Virus record (IMG/VR): IMGVR_UViG_3300009081_000012
Coordinates: 1-64,000 of that record
Length of the DNA: 64,000 nt
Strand: one strand, 5' to 3'
DNA from: a virus
Shown: piece after piece, positions 16,846 through 27,441 of the stretch
How positions within the stretch are numbered: position 1 is the stretch's first letter
Layout of the letters: every line of letters begins with the position of its first letter
The notes under the pieces: model-generated
What the model saw: the letters and a program-made list of their open reading frames with translations, nothing else
What the model was told of the DNA's origin: nothing
Databases searched by the model: none
Program-made: the position numbers and the translations under genes

Positions 16846-16873
16846 TTGACAAAGTAGTTTTAGTGATTATATT
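16846..16873 (+). promoter_or_regulatory. sigma70-like promoter starting the rightward arm
   Basis: TTGACA-16-TATATT with TGAT before the -10. Confidence 0.7.
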
Positions 16874-16901
16874 GTTATTAACCAATAAAAGGAGAAATAT
16901 T

Positions 16902-17165
16902 ATGAGACCTCAAATAACTACTAAGGAAATAGATTCTACATTAAAACGGGTTGTAAACTGGTTAGACAAACGTATTAAAGAAAAGGGGTATGGTTCTTTC
17001 TCATCAATACATGAAATTAGAGGTGTTATAGATGAAGAAATTATAGAACTTAAAGACGCTATGCATGAAAAAGATTATGCGGCGATGGAACATGAATTGA
17101 AGGATGTAATAGTTGCTGGTATTTTTGGTTTAGCTTGTTTGAAGTCAGGGAAGATGGACTGGTAA
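16902..17165 (+). CDS. MazG-like nucleotide pyrophosphohydrolase
   Basis: IDEEIIELKDA...HELKDV (EExxE...ExxD). Confidence 0.6.
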   Translation: MRPQITTKEIDSTLKRVVNWLDKRIKEKGYGSFSSIHEIRGVIDEEIIELKDAMHEKDYAAMEHELKDVIVAGIFGLACLKSGKMDW

Positions 17166-17327
17166 AAATGTTTAGTAGGAGAATTAAATGTTAAAAAGGT
17201 TATGGTGTATTTGTTTTCATAAAAAATATCATACTAAATATATAGATAAAGGTACATTTAGTATGTATTTTACTATTGTAAATTGTTCAAAGTGTAGAAA
17301 ATCCAGAATATTGTAAAGGGGATTAAT

Positions 17328-17657
17328 ATGTTAGATTTTATATTGAAGAAGCTCATAAATAAATATGGGGCTGTGTATTTAATAGACAAAATAGTGGCTT
17401 ATCAAAAGGAGTGTGATCCTAGGGAACTATTCAATACTTTGATAAACAAAAAAATTACGGAGCTAGAATTACTGTCCGACCATTATAGACAGCAGAAATT
17501 GGATCCAAAGTTATTAATGGAATATATGGTTTCAATGATGTTACCAGGGTACCACATACAAAGGTCAAAACACAGCGAGACTAAAAACGATAAGGATGAC
17601 AATTTCGGTTATAAAAAAATAGATGGATTTTTTGGAGAAGTTTTTCCAAAACCATAG
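17328..17657 (+). CDS. hypothetical protein
   Basis: ORF with SD. Confidence 0.55.
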   Translation: MLDFILKKLINKYGAVYLIDKIVAYQKECDPRELFNTLINKKITELELLSDHYRQQKLDPKLLMEYMVSMMLPGYHIQRSKHSETKNDKDDNFGYKKIDGFFGEVFPKP

Positions 17658-17666
17658 GAGATTAAA

Positions 17667-18047
17667 TTGATAAAAGATAATATTTTTGCTTATACAAGTG
17701 TCGGTGATGCCTATTATCCTGCTTTTGTGTCTATTAATAGATATACTATTACTGATGAGGTTAGTATTACAGTCAGATCAGAGCACGAAACAAGCCCTAT
17801 AGAAGTTGAAGTTGTAATACCAAACGATAAACTAATAGAGATGGCAAGAAGTATACTGGGTCAAGAAAAGACTGATATAGCGATGCCACATTTTATAGCG
17901 CTTATGGAAGCACTGGAGATACCACATCCTGGATGGTGGTTAACCAGGCCTCCTGAGATGCTGGGACTTGTTGGTAAAGCTTTGGCTAAACAGGCAAAAG
18001 AAGTTTATGATGCGGAGCAGAAAAACGAACAAAAACAAGAGGAATGA
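17667..18047 (+). CDS. hypothetical protein
   Basis: ORF with AGGAG SD. Confidence 0.55.
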   Translation: MIKDNIFAYTSVGDAYYPAFVSINRYTITDEVSITVRSEHETSPIEVEVVIPNDKLIEMARSILGQEKTDIAMPHFIALMEALEIPHPGWWLTRPPEMLGLVGKALAKQAKEVYDAEQKNEQKQEE

Positions 18048-18555
18048 ATATCAGTTTATGGAAATATTATATAATTATTTAGATAAAAAGATTTATGAAT
18101 TAAAAGGCGAATGGATTTCTAAACCAAGATATTATGAAGAAGAAGCATGTATGAATCTTGATTTTAATTATAAATCAGGACGTTATTGTGATTGTGAATA
18201 TAATGGTACATATATTGAACTGAAAAAAGGAAACAGCTCTGCTTGGTTCAACGAAATACGATATGCTGAAATATTAATGTATAAATGGTTAAAAGAAACA
18301 GTTACCATGTTTATGATTCCATCAGAAAACAAAGCTAAAATTTATTATATATATTTAATTGATACAAAAGATATAATAAAGGCTTTGTGTATTACTCCAG
18401 AATGGGCGATTGAGGTGATTAAACGTAACAAAGAAATACAAAGAAGTTTACAGTACCAACATAATCTGACAAAAAAAGATTTAAGAGATATGGCAAAGTA
18501 TGTGGTTAATTATAATCATAATAGTTATACTTATTATAGGTTAAATTGGAAATGA
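17968..18555 (+). CDS. putative PD-(D/E)XK nuclease-like protein (start uncertain)
   Basis: YCDCEYNGTYIELKK resembles D...ExK. Confidence 0.4.
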   Translation: MLVKLWLNRQKKFMMRSRKTNKNKRNEYQFMEILYNYLDKKIYELKGEWISKPRYYEEEACMNLDFNYKSGRYCDCEYNGTYIELKKGNSSAWFNEIRYAEILMYKWLKETVTMFMIPSENKAKIYYIYLIDTKDIIKALCITPEWAIEVIKRNKEIQRSLQYQHNLTKKDLRDMAKYVVNYNHNSYTYYRLNWK

Positions 18556-19148
18556 ATAAAAATAAATGGAATAAAGAATATAAGCTTAGTTGTGACGATA
18601 ATCGTGATGGGCATTGTGTAGCTATGAACACCGGGTGTGCTTACACCGTATGTCCTTTGATTGTTGGTGTTGTCAAGAGTAAGGTGATTACTGGTATGGA
18701 ATTCAGAAATTACAAATTAAGATTTTATCACACCGAGAAAAAACAGATGTTTCCTCCATCGAGTATATGGAAACTGGATTTATATCACTATGAGGATTCA
18801 CATTGTTTAGTACCAATGATGTATACTGGAAAGAAAGACATAAATCGTAAGGAAATATACCAGGATGATTTTCTGCTATATGGGGACATTTGTTCAGATG
18901 ACTGGATGCTAAATAAAGGTAAAGTAGTTGGTATAGTTAGATTTTTTGAAGACGGTGCCAGATTTGAAGCTCAGGATTTAACTATGAATTACAGGGGAGG
19001 TCATTATAGATCCTTTTGGGAGTGGATGGTTGATATAGAGGTTATAGGTAATCGGTTTACTGGAATACATAATGATTATTTATATTTATTAGAAGATAAG
19101 AAGATTAAACGAGGAATAATGAAGGAGTTGAAAAAATATGAAGGGTAA
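18546..19148 (+). CDS. YopX family protein
   Basis: MMYTGKKDINRKEIYQDD...IEVIGN. Confidence 0.8.
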   Translation: MEMNKNKWNKEYKLSCDDNRDGHCVAMNTGCAYTVCPLIVGVVKSKVITGMEFRNYKLRFYHTEKKQMFPPSSIWKLDLYHYEDSHCLVPMMYTGKKDINRKEIYQDDFLLYGDICSDDWMLNKGKVVGIVRFFEDGARFEAQDLTMNYRGGHYRSFWEWMVDIEVIGNRFTGIHNDYLYLLEDKKIKRGIMKELKKYEG

Positions 19149-19374
19149 AACCACTAAGGAGGCTTTTGATTATATCAACAGCCTTATACCATATTTTATA
19201 GTAACATGGAAAATACCACATCAAGGAAGTCTTAGAGCTTGTTATAATATTTATGATGATATAGAATCTGCCATTGAATTTGTAAAAACATTAAAGAATA
19301 CGAAAGACGTTAACCCACAACATATAGATATGTATGAATCATTTGAGTTAGATATGGAGGAATATGGTCTCTAA
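19138..19374 (+). CDS. hypothetical protein
   Basis: ORF overlapping the previous stop. Confidence 0.5.
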   Translation: MKGKTTKEAFDYINSLIPYFIVTWKIPHQGSLRACYNIYDDIESAIEFVKTLKNTKDVNPQHIDMYESFELDMEEYGL

Positions 19375-19500
19375 AATAAAAAATAAAAGAAAATGTAACG
19401 ACTGCCCACCAGATGAGTGTTGTAATTGTAAGAACAACATCAATTCTGTGAAAGGAAACAAAAAATTATTAAAAAAGAGAACAACAAAGAGGAAAGCAAA

Positions 19501-19884
19501 ATGAATAAAAAAAATACAGAATATTTATTAGAAAAATATCCAAACTTATATCGTCAGTATTATCTATCAATGCGAGACACTTGCATGTGCTGGGGATTTG
19601 AATGTAGAGATGGATGGTTTAATATTATAGATGACTTAAGTAAAAAAATAACTGAGACAGATCCAGACGTTCAAGCAGCTCAAGTTAAAGAAAAATTTGG
19701 AGGTCTTAGATTTTATATAGACGGTGGTTCTGAAGAAGTTCGTAAGTTAATAGACGAGGCTGAAGAAGAATCATATAAGACTTGTGAAAAGTGTGGAACA
19801 AAAGAAAATGTTTCTCAAACAAAAACGGGCTGGATTTTTACTCTATGTGCTAAATGTGAAGAAGAAAGAAATAGAAAGCAATAG
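19501..19884 (+). CDS. conserved phage hypothetical protein
   Basis: GFECRDGWF..QVKEKFGGLRFY..TCEKCG. Confidence 0.75.
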   Translation: MNKKNTEYLLEKYPNLYRQYYLSMRDTCMCWGFECRDGWFNIIDDLSKKITETDPDVQAAQVKEKFGGLRFYIDGGSEEVRKLIDEAEEESYKTCEKCGTKENVSQTKTGWIFTLCAKCEEERNRKQ

Positions 19885-19895
19885 GAGAAATCATT

Positions 19896-20153
19896 ATGAT
19901 AGAAAAATGTGATAAATGCCCGTATAAATATAGTCAAGCACCATGCGAGTTTGCTAATGATATTAATTCATACTATAAACCAATTCCACACGATTGTCCT
20001 ATGCGTGGTAAAAAACTTGAGTGGCCGGCTGTTATAAATATCAGTAAGAAGTCTAAAACACATTCTACTGAGGGTCAAGTTGTCGACAGTCAAATTGAAA
20101 TAAAAAAACTAAAGAAAATTACTAAATTGGGAGAAACAATTAAAATAGTATGA
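19896..20153 (+). CDS. hypothetical protein
   Basis: ORF with SD. Confidence 0.5.
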   Translation: MIEKCDKCPYKYSQAPCEFANDINSYYKPIPHDCPMRGKKLEWPAVINISKKSKTHSTEGQVVDSQIEIKKLKKITKLGETIKIV

Positions 20154-20186
20154 AAAATAAGAAATATGTAAAAAGGAGGAAAGAAT

Positions 20187-20570
20187 ATGTTTAAAGATTT
20201 AATAGAGTGGCTTTTAAAAAGCGGAACACTTGTTAAAACAATTGCCGGAGCCATGGCAATTATTATAGGTATATTTGTGTGGGATGCACGTTATGCTAAA
20301 ACAGTTCAGGTGGCTAACGATTTACACGCTGCCGAACAGAAAACAGTACAGACCATACAATCATTAAAAGGTACCATAGAGTTAGATCAAGATATTACCA
20401 GGCTTCAAAATAATATGGATATGATAATTAAAATGAAGATGCTTATAAGGTCTTATCCTAATGACAAGGAGCTCAAAGAAGATTATGAAAGTCTTGTAAA
20501 AGAAAAAGAGGCGTTACAGAAAAAAATAAAATCTTGCCCGCCTGTAGTAATAATACAGCCTAACAAGTAA
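20187..20570 (+). CDS. membrane-anchored coiled-coil protein
   Basis: N-terminal TM plus heptad-rich C-terminus. Confidence 0.55.
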   Translation: MFKDLIEWLLKSGTLVKTIAGAMAIIIGIFVWDARYAKTVQVANDLHAAEQKTVQTIQSLKGTIELDQDITRLQNNMDMIIKMKMLIRSYPNDKELKEDYESLVKEKEALQKKIKSCPPVVIIQPNK

Positions 20571-20578
20571 GGAAAAAT

Positions 20579-21109
20579 ATGAATAAACAGGATGTGTTGG
20601 ACAGAATAAACGACGCGGATAGAGCTATAGATCGATTTTTTAGACGAACTGTAAACAGCATCAAAAATTTGATTTACTGGTTTCCAGTTATTTGGTCGGA
20701 CAGGCAGTGGGATTTTGTTTATTTTCTTGAAATAATTAAATTCAAATTAAAACAGATGGTTAAGTTTTATGAGACAGAAGCCCATCAAATAAAAGCTGAA
20801 AAGCATGTTGACAAAATGAATTTATGTATTAATATTATAGACAGGATAATAAAAGATGATTATCACGAAATAGTTTTTAAGAATTATTATGAAAAATGGG
20901 GACAACCAGAAATAAAATTTATTAAAGATGGGGATGCTGGTAGAAACAAAGTAGAAATAACACACTCAAAAGTTATAACGGAACAAGACAGAATTAGATC
21001 GTTGGGAGAATATAGATTATTGTTGGATAAAGAAGAATATATGGTTAAGCAAGATATAGAATTGTTATTTGATATTTTAACTAAACATTTAAGATCGTGG
21101 TGGGATTAA
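20579..21109 (+). CDS. conserved phage hypothetical protein
   Basis: WFPVIWSDRQWD...RSWWD. Confidence 0.7.
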   Translation: MNKQDVLDRINDADRAIDRFFRRTVNSIKNLIYWFPVIWSDRQWDFVYFLEIIKFKLKQMVKFYETEAHQIKAEKHVDKMNLCINIIDRIIKDDYHEIVFKNYYEKWGQPEIKFIKDGDAGRNKVEITHSKVITEQDRIRSLGEYRLLLDKEEYMVKQDIELLFDILTKHLRSWWD

Positions 21110-21110
21110 A

Positions 21111-21350
21111 ATGACTATAGAACACGTATCTCAGGTAGGAATAGCTGTTCTAACAGTGTGGTCTCTATTTTCCTTAGCTCATAAACAATATAGGTTAGGG
21201 TTTATTCTTGGTTTGTTGTCTGAACCATTTTGGTTATATTCAACATATACCGGTGCACTGTGGGGTATGTTTATAGTGGTAGTATGTACAACTGGCAGTA
21301 ATATATATGGATTATTAAATCATGGAAAGAAAAACACAATTAAAGGATAG
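21111..21350 (+). CDS. small membrane protein
   Basis: GFILGLLSEPFWLY..WGMF. Confidence 0.55.
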   Translation: MTIEHVSQVGIAVLTVWSLFSLAHKQYRLGFILGLLSEPFWLYSTYTGALWGMFIVVVCTTGSNIYGLLNHGKKNTIKG

Positions 21351-21426
21351 ACGGTTCTGACAGAGCTCATCAGACTGGAACGATTCGTGAAATCCCTTTC
21401 CAGTATGCAATAAACGAGGTATAAAA

Positions 21427-22389
21427 ATGAATATTATAGTTAAAACAGTTTTTGGATCGCGGCTTTATGGTACCTCTGGTTTTGGTAGCGATGAGGATTA
21501 TAAAGGTGTATATATGCCATCTAAAGAGTTTATATATCTTAATAGAATACAAAAATCGATTCGTTATAACACTAAACAAGACGATACACGTAGAAACGAT
21601 GCTGGAGATGTTGAATTAGAATTCTATTCTCTACATTATTTTTTAACGCTCGCGGGCAAAGGAGAGACAGTCGCTTTGGATATGCTCCATGCTCCCGAAG
21701 ATATGGTTCTAGTTTCTTCGGATTTATGGAGAAGAATGGTAGCCGAAAGACACAGATTCTATACAAAGAATTTGACTGCCTTAGTAGGATTTGCCAGAAC
21801 TCAGGCGACCAGATATGGTGTTAAAGGTGATCGTTTAAATGCAGCTAAAACAGTTTTAGATTATTGTAAAAACATTCCACTAAACACCAGGTTGCGAGAC
21901 GTGTGGGACACATTACCTTCTGGAGAACACATAGTGAAACATTCTAAAAATGAAGATGGTATTAGAATGTATGAAGTGTGTGATAGAAAAATCCATGAAA
22001 CAGCAGCGGTTAGTTATTTACACGACATGGTCGAAAAAATATATACAGATTATGGTGTACGAGCAACTAAAGCTTCAAGGAATGAAGGTATAGACTGGAA
22101 GGCTGTTTCTCATGCACTGAAAGCTGCATACCAGGTGAAGGAAATACTGGTAGATAGGAATTTAACATTTCCACTTAAAGAAGCAGAATTCATTAAAAAA
22201 GTTAAGAATGGTAAACTTCATTTCGAAGACGAGGTTAAACCTGTACTGAATAGTTTAATGGACGAAATAGAATTAATGACAAAAAACAGCGATTTACCAG
22301 ACCAAGTAGATACCAGGTTTTGGGATGATTTTTTAATTGATGCTGTTGGTTCATACTTAGAGTGCGATATGAGGAGTGTTAATAGATGA
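21427..22389 (+). CDS. nucleotidyltransferase, T4 NrdC.11/RlaP-like
   Basis: FGSRLYGT..SDEDYKGVYMP; DWKAVSHALK; LTFPL. Confidence 0.85.
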   Translation: MNIIVKTVFGSRLYGTSGFGSDEDYKGVYMPSKEFIYLNRIQKSIRYNTKQDDTRRNDAGDVELEFYSLHYFLTLAGKGETVALDMLHAPEDMVLVSSDLWRRMVAERHRFYTKNLTALVGFARTQATRYGVKGDRLNAAKTVLDYCKNIPLNTRLRDVWDTLPSGEHIVKHSKNEDGIRMYEVCDRKIHETAAVSYLHDMVEKIYTDYGVRATKASRNEGIDWKAVSHALKAAYQVKEILVDRNLTFPLKEAEFIKKVKNGKLHFEDEVKPVLNSLMDEIELMTKNSDLPDQVDTRFWDDFLIDAVGSYLECDMRSVNR

Positions 22390-22536
22390 GTACTGTTACT
22401 ATTTCAGAAATAGCATTAGTGTTTTTATTAACTAATCTGCTTTCGTTTTTTGTTGGTTATCTTGTCCGTAAAAGGAAATGTAAAATTGAGATGAGAGAAC
22501 TATCTGAGAAATTAAGAGCAGATTTCATAGAAGAAT

Positions 22537-22809
22537 ATGACAACGACGGTGGATGGTAAAATGGAAATATTAAAAACAGAAAAACGCGATATAATAGTAA
22601 TAGAAGCCTATGTGTGTAATAGTTGTAAAAAACGCATAGATGATCTAATAGAAATGCAAGAGATGATGAGGTGGAGAACAGTGTGTGGTTATGGTTCTAT
22701 ATTTGGAGATGGTGTAAAATTAAGCATGGATTTATGTCAGAACTGCATAAATAAACATTTAGGTGATTTTATAACCATAGAGGAAGAAACAACACTTTAT
22801 ACGTTATAG
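22537..22809 (+). CDS. Zn-finger hypothetical protein
   Basis: CNSC..GYGSIFGDG..DLCQNC. Confidence 0.65.
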   Translation: MTTTVDGKMEILKTEKRDIIVIEAYVCNSCKKRIDDLIEMQEMMRWRTVCGYGSIFGDGVKLSMDLCQNCINKHLGDFITIEEETTLYTL

Positions 22810-22818
22810 GAGAATAAA

Positions 22819-23283
22819 ATGATGGAAGAATTTAAATCAAAATTTGGAAATAAGGTTACACACATGAACGGATGGGATTCTCCCGGAATCGACACCTCTA
22901 TATGGTACAACATTATGTGTGATTGTTGTGACGATAGTCACGATACGGCAATAGAATTTGAATACGATAAAGAATGTAATATGTTGTTTCTTAATTTTTA
23001 TAGAAAAATTAACTATTCAAAACAATTCGGATTTAGGTGTGATGACGATACACTGGTAGATTTAATAAAAGACAGAATAAAAATAATATGGAACAGATTC
23101 AAAGATGCTACTAAGTTGTTGTTTACTGGTTATATTGAAATGCACAGTGAATTTATTTTAAAAGACAAACAACATATACAGGATTTTATAGATGCTCTGA
23201 TAGAGGGAAGAGATTATTGTTTACGTACAAGAGATTTACCAACCGAAGATAAATCAACAATAGATGATGAACCAGGATGTTAA
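22819..23283 (+). CDS. hypothetical protein
   Basis: ORF with AGGAG SD. Confidence 0.6.
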   Translation: MMEEFKSKFGNKVTHMNGWDSPGIDTSIWYNIMCDCCDDSHDTAIEFEYDKECNMLFLNFYRKINYSKQFGFRCDDDTLVDLIKDRIKIIWNRFKDATKLLFTGYIEMHSEFILKDKQHIQDFIDALIEGRDYCLRTRDLPTEDKSTIDDEPGC

Positions 23284-23293
23284 GGAGGTTATT

Positions 23294-23716
23294 ATGAGCA
23301 GTTATGGAAACGTAACAGAGTTTATGCATGAACATGTACAACAGCTTGATATAGCTGGTGTGTGTTATGAAGCATTACGTCAGTATATGAAAACACAAGG
23401 ATTAACAGAGGTTGTGGTTCCATGGGAAAACGCCTCAGCCCATACAAAAGCAACCATGGTTAAAATGATTAATGATCGTAACGAGGCAAGAACTATGACA
23501 GATGCAAAAAAAATAACATTTGAACAAGCACATAATGATCGTGTCATTAAGCGCGCGGGGGATGGCTGGGTATATGGTCCTGTTTATGATGCTGAAAAAT
23601 TAACAGATCCAAACATGTGTTCTTATGACGAACTGCCGGTACACATGAAGGTTGCTGATGCACTAGTCGGGGCTATTTTAGATGTGTTGACAGACCCAAA
23701 ATACAAAACTGTATAA
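23294..23716 (+). CDS. RyR-domain phage protein
   Basis: AHNDRV...DGWVYGPVYDAEKLTDPNMCSYDELP. Confidence 0.75.
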   Translation: MSSYGNVTEFMHEHVQQLDIAGVCYEALRQYMKTQGLTEVVVPWENASAHTKATMVKMINDRNEARTMTDAKKITFEQAHNDRVIKRAGDGWVYGPVYDAEKLTDPNMCSYDELPVHMKVADALVGAILDVLTDPKYKTV

Positions 23717-23732
23717 TAGGAGGTATATTACT

Positions 23733-23966
23733 GTGTATTTTTCAATTGGCAAAAAAGTTAGAAGACAGTTTGGTGGGGAAGTTGAAATAATATATTTAGT
23801 AAAAAACGGTATAATACAAAAATGCCCTGAAGGTGGAAGTGAAGGATGTTCAGATGTTTGTCCATTTTTTACGTTTGACAATCAAACAAAAAAATTAAGA
23901 ATTTCATGCAGACCAAAAACTATGGATATTAAAATAGATAATTTCTATGAAGCTAATGAGTGTTGA
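23733..23966 (+). CDS. hypothetical protein
   Basis: ORF with GGAGG SD. Confidence 0.5.
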   Translation: MYFSIGKKVRRQFGGEVEIIYLVKNGIIQKCPEGGSEGCSDVCPFFTFDNQTKKLRISCRPKTMDIKIDNFYEANEC

Positions 23967-23977
23967 TGGAGAATAAT

Positions 23978-24419
23978 ATGAAAATAGTTATAGTTAGCGG
24001 TTATTTTAATCCACTACATAGGACATATTGAGATGTTGAAATCAGCCAAAGCTATGGGTGGCTTGGTTTGTGTGATTGTTAACAACGATATTCAACAAAT
24101 TCTAAAAAAAGGCAAAATAATAATGAATGAAGAAGAACGTGTTAATATAGTTAAAGCTATAAAATACGTAGACATGGTGTATCTATCTAAGGATGAGGAC
24201 AGGACTGTCTGTAAAACAGTAACAAAAATAGCAGAACAGTTTTCTAACAACGGGTATGAATTAATATTTGCAAACGGCGGTGATAGAAATTGTTCAACGA
24301 GAGTTCCAGAAACAAATATATGTGAACGTTATGGTGTGAAAATGATCTTTGATTGTGGTGGTACCGAAAAGTTAAATTCAAGTTCTAACATTAATAAGCT
24401 ATTAGGTAAAGAGGAGTGA
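23978..24419 (+). pseudogene. cytidylyltransferase-like (HxGH) gene, frameshifted at the HIGH motif
   Basis: MKIVIVSGYFNPLH is in one frame and IGHIEML...FANGGDR in another; CATA stands where CATATA is expected. Confidence 0.75.
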
Positions 24420-24640
24420 TTAATAATTATGCAAAACTTTGTACAGGATATAGTGTTTAGATGTTGTTTTACTTGCACATATTCACGTCTAACATTAAGT
24501 AAAATAGAAGACGTTCGTTATGGTGAGTGTGATAATTGGTCACCAGTAGATAGACCCGACAATGTAATATATAATATGTTTACATCAGCATGTGATGATT
24601 ATATAGCTAAATCGCAAGAATAAACAAGGAGTTATATTTT

Positions 24641-25297
24641 ATGTTAAATCCTATGACGATAACAGCACGAGATTTACCTGATGCCTGGTTTCAATGTCTT
24701 TATGCAGTTTTAACTTATGGTGGTAAATATGTAATAGATAGGGGCAGCTTTGAAGGACAACAAAGGCTTGAGTTTGATTACGTTACTGTTCACATCAGAT
24801 ATCCAGGAACCCGTCCACTACTGCCTGACATTCCAGCACATTTTAATATACCAAATCCTGTTGCTGAAGGATATCTTGAAGAGTATTTACCATATCTGAT
24901 GACCTCCGCAAAAAGCCCTAATGAAGATTATACCTACGGGCAGTACCTGGAAAGTCAGATTGCCGAGGTTATAAGGATGTATAAGGAAGATGGGTACGGA
25001 ACAAACCAGGCCTATATGACCGTTGGAGATCCATCAACCATTTATCTTGGAGATCCACCGTGTTTAAGAGGTATAGATACCAGAATAAGAGATGGAAAAT
25101 TACATTTTATGGTATATTTTAGATCTTGGGATTTATATAATGGATTTCCTGCAAATCTAGGTGCAATACAAATGTTAAAGGAATATATGGCCGCTGAGAT
25201 AGGTGTTGAGGATGGAGAAATAATAGCTGCAAGCAAAGGCCTTCATTTGTATGATTATGTTTGGGAGTTGGCTAAAATAAGAACACAGTTAATATAA
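24641..25297 (+). CDS. thyA: thymidylate synthase (short type)
   Basis: DPPCL, YFRSWD, GFPAN, GLHLY motifs. Confidence 0.85.
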   Translation: MLNPMTITARDLPDAWFQCLYAVLTYGGKYVIDRGSFEGQQRLEFDYVTVHIRYPGTRPLLPDIPAHFNIPNPVAEGYLEEYLPYLMTSAKSPNEDYTYGQYLESQIAEVIRMYKEDGYGTNQAYMTVGDPSTIYLGDPPCLRGIDTRIRDGKLHFMVYFRSWDLYNGFPANLGAIQMLKEYMAAEIGVEDGEIIAASKGLHLYDYVWELAKIRTQLI

Positions 25298-25725
25298 GGA
25301 GTAAATTTAGTGGAAAACAATATACAAGATTTAATAACTGGATTTAAAGAACCAATGGTGCTGTTTTATAATATATGTTCAAACATTAATTATAAATTTA
25401 TAGGTGAATTTTTATTTATGGCGAGTTGTATTGCTTTGTTCTATTTGTTTTGTTACTGTTGGGTTTTGTTCTGTATAAAAATAACACCTAATACAATAAA
25501 TGAGGAGAAAAAAATAAACAAATGGATAGCACGGAAATAAAAAATTTAAAATACAGAAGTCAAGCCGAAATACTTAACATATTAAGAAACTTTGAAAAGT
25601 TAACTGACTGTTCAGTATACGATGTAAACATATTAGTAGAAACATCACTTGGCAATGAAAACGGCACTGTTGTAGATGTGTCTTTAAAGGTTCAAATTTA
25701 ATTATTAATATAATACGGAGTTAAA

Positions 25726-26244
25726 ATGGCAACGATAACAATAATTTTATATACGTTGGTTATGTTAGCTATAGGTTTAGTAGCAGGGGCTAAATTATAT
25801 AAACGAAATGAAATAAAAAACAATGTAACAAATAATGTGGTAAAAAAACCGTGGGGAGGATACACAGTAGTTGATTATGGAAAATCATACAAAATTAAAT
25901 TATTAGGAATAATCAAAGGACATCGTTTATCACTACAATATCATCATCAACGTGAAGAACTTTGGGTTGTGCTAAAAGGTACTGCTACGATACGGCTTGG
26001 TGAAAAAATGTATACGCTGAAACCTAAAAATTCATTTTTCGTGGCAAAAAGAGCATTACACAGAATAGAGAACAGACACGATGAGCTGTTGATTATATTA
26101 GAAATTCAAATAGGTGATTATTTAGAGGAAGACGATATAGTAAGAGTACAGGACGATTATGAAAGAGATAGTAAAACAAATGAAGAGAAGACATCAACAA
26201 AAAAGGAAAAACTGAATACCGTAGTACCAATCGATTTAATTTAA
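25726..26244 (+). CDS. mannose-6-phosphate isomerase type II cupin domain with N-terminal TM
   Basis: KPWGGY, LSLQYHHQREELW, HRIEN, EIQIGDYLEEDDIVR. Confidence 0.85.
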   Translation: MATITIILYTLVMLAIGLVAGAKLYKRNEIKNNVTNNVVKKPWGGYTVVDYGKSYKIKLLGIIKGHRLSLQYHHQREELWVVLKGTATIRLGEKMYTLKPKNSFFVAKRALHRIENRHDELLIILEIQIGDYLEEDDIVRVQDDYERDSKTNEEKTSTKKEKLNTVVPIDLI

Positions 26245-26419
26245 AGCAACCTATTGTTAAAGAAATCACTGAGTGGTGGTGGTGTATATCATGGTTGCTT
26301 TATGTTTTTATTTGTAATTAAAAAAAAGATTCTTAACTTTAACATTTAACCGGTTTTGCGCGCAATTAAAGTAACCTACTAATAATAAGATGGGTTTAAT
26401 AAAAACAGGAGTTTAATAT

Positions 26420-26740
26420 ATGAGTGTTGATAAGCACATAAAGGATTTTGCAGAAATAGAGCACCAAAAAACTTTAGTTTATCAAATTATTAGAGATATT
26501 TTTGTGGCTTTTGAAGTTACAGATCCTGAAGATATGAGCAATATAACGAATGCTATATTAGAAAGCTTAGATAATCTAATAAATTTTAAGACATATCTAA
26601 CCCACGAAAAAAGTACTTTTATAAATAACACAGCTGAAGAGTTTAATTGGAATAGGGAACATGTAATTAATCTATATTTAATGTGTATGTTAATCTATAA
26701 AAATTTAATGTTGCAACGAGAGATAAATAATTTAAAGTGA
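26420..26740 (+). CDS. hypothetical protein
   Basis: ORF with AGGAG SD. Confidence 0.6.
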   Translation: MSVDKHIKDFAEIEHQKTLVYQIIRDIFVAFEVTDPEDMSNITNAILESLDNLINFKTYLTHEKSTFINNTAEEFNWNREHVINLYLMCMLIYKNLMLQREINNLK

Positions 26741-26946
26741 GAGAGGGTTGTGTATATGGAACTTCCAGTAACCAAAAAACAACTGAAAACTATTTTAAAG
26801 TTATTGTTGAAGTCAAGAAGAACTTTTGAATCTTTAGCAAAAGAAACTGGTATAGACGACAGTATACGATTTCCTTCACAATTAAATTATGATCAAGCCG
26901 AACTTTTAATAAAAACACATAGTGGTTTTCTTATTTAAAAAAAAAT

Positions 26947-27022
26947 GCTAGAGTAACTCAGTTGGAAGAGTACCTCACTTGTAATGAGGACGTCGCGGGT
27001 TCAATTCCTGCCTCTAGCTCCA
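26947..27022 (+). tRNA. tRNA-Thr(UGU)
   Basis: GCTAGAG/CTCTAGC acceptor; CCTCA-CTTGTAA-TGAGG anticodon arm; GGTTCAATTCC T-arm; encoded CCA. Confidence 0.95.
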
Positions 27023-27108
27023 AACGTAGATAGATAGTAGATAGAAAGACAGGAGGAACATAGATATGATATTAAAGGTAAAGAGATATACAACAAAGTA
27101 CAACGAAC

Positions 27109-27441
27109 AGAAATGGTATAGATGAATTTATGTGCGGTTATTATGATCATATGAACATGTCACCTGAAACATATAAATTTTATCTTAGTAGGCTATATCC
27201 AGATCATTTAGTGCCTTTGAATAAAAACTCCGCCGGAGTAGAAGTATATCTACCTTATTTAAATGATTCATTAATAGATGTTTATAAACAAATTCCACTA
27301 TTTAAAAAAGTATCTAAAATAGATAGAAAAATAATCATGAAGGAATTAGGCAGAAAACTTAAAATACCAAACGAAATTATTGATCGAAATAAATATGGTT
27401 TTTGTGATGCGTTTTTAGACAAAAACAAGGAATCTGTATGA
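27109..27441 (+). pseudogene. asparagine synthase-like C-terminal fragment
   Basis: NGIDEFMCGYY (GxDExxxGY), VYLPYLN, KIIMKE..IPNEIIDRNKYGF; N-terminal part absent. Confidence 0.6.

Noticed and set aside
24641-25297. dCMP hydroxymethylase for DNA hypermodification
   Set aside because: It keeps the dUMP-specifying Asn (GFPAN) and looks like a short ThyA; a dUMP-modifying role cannot be fully excluded.
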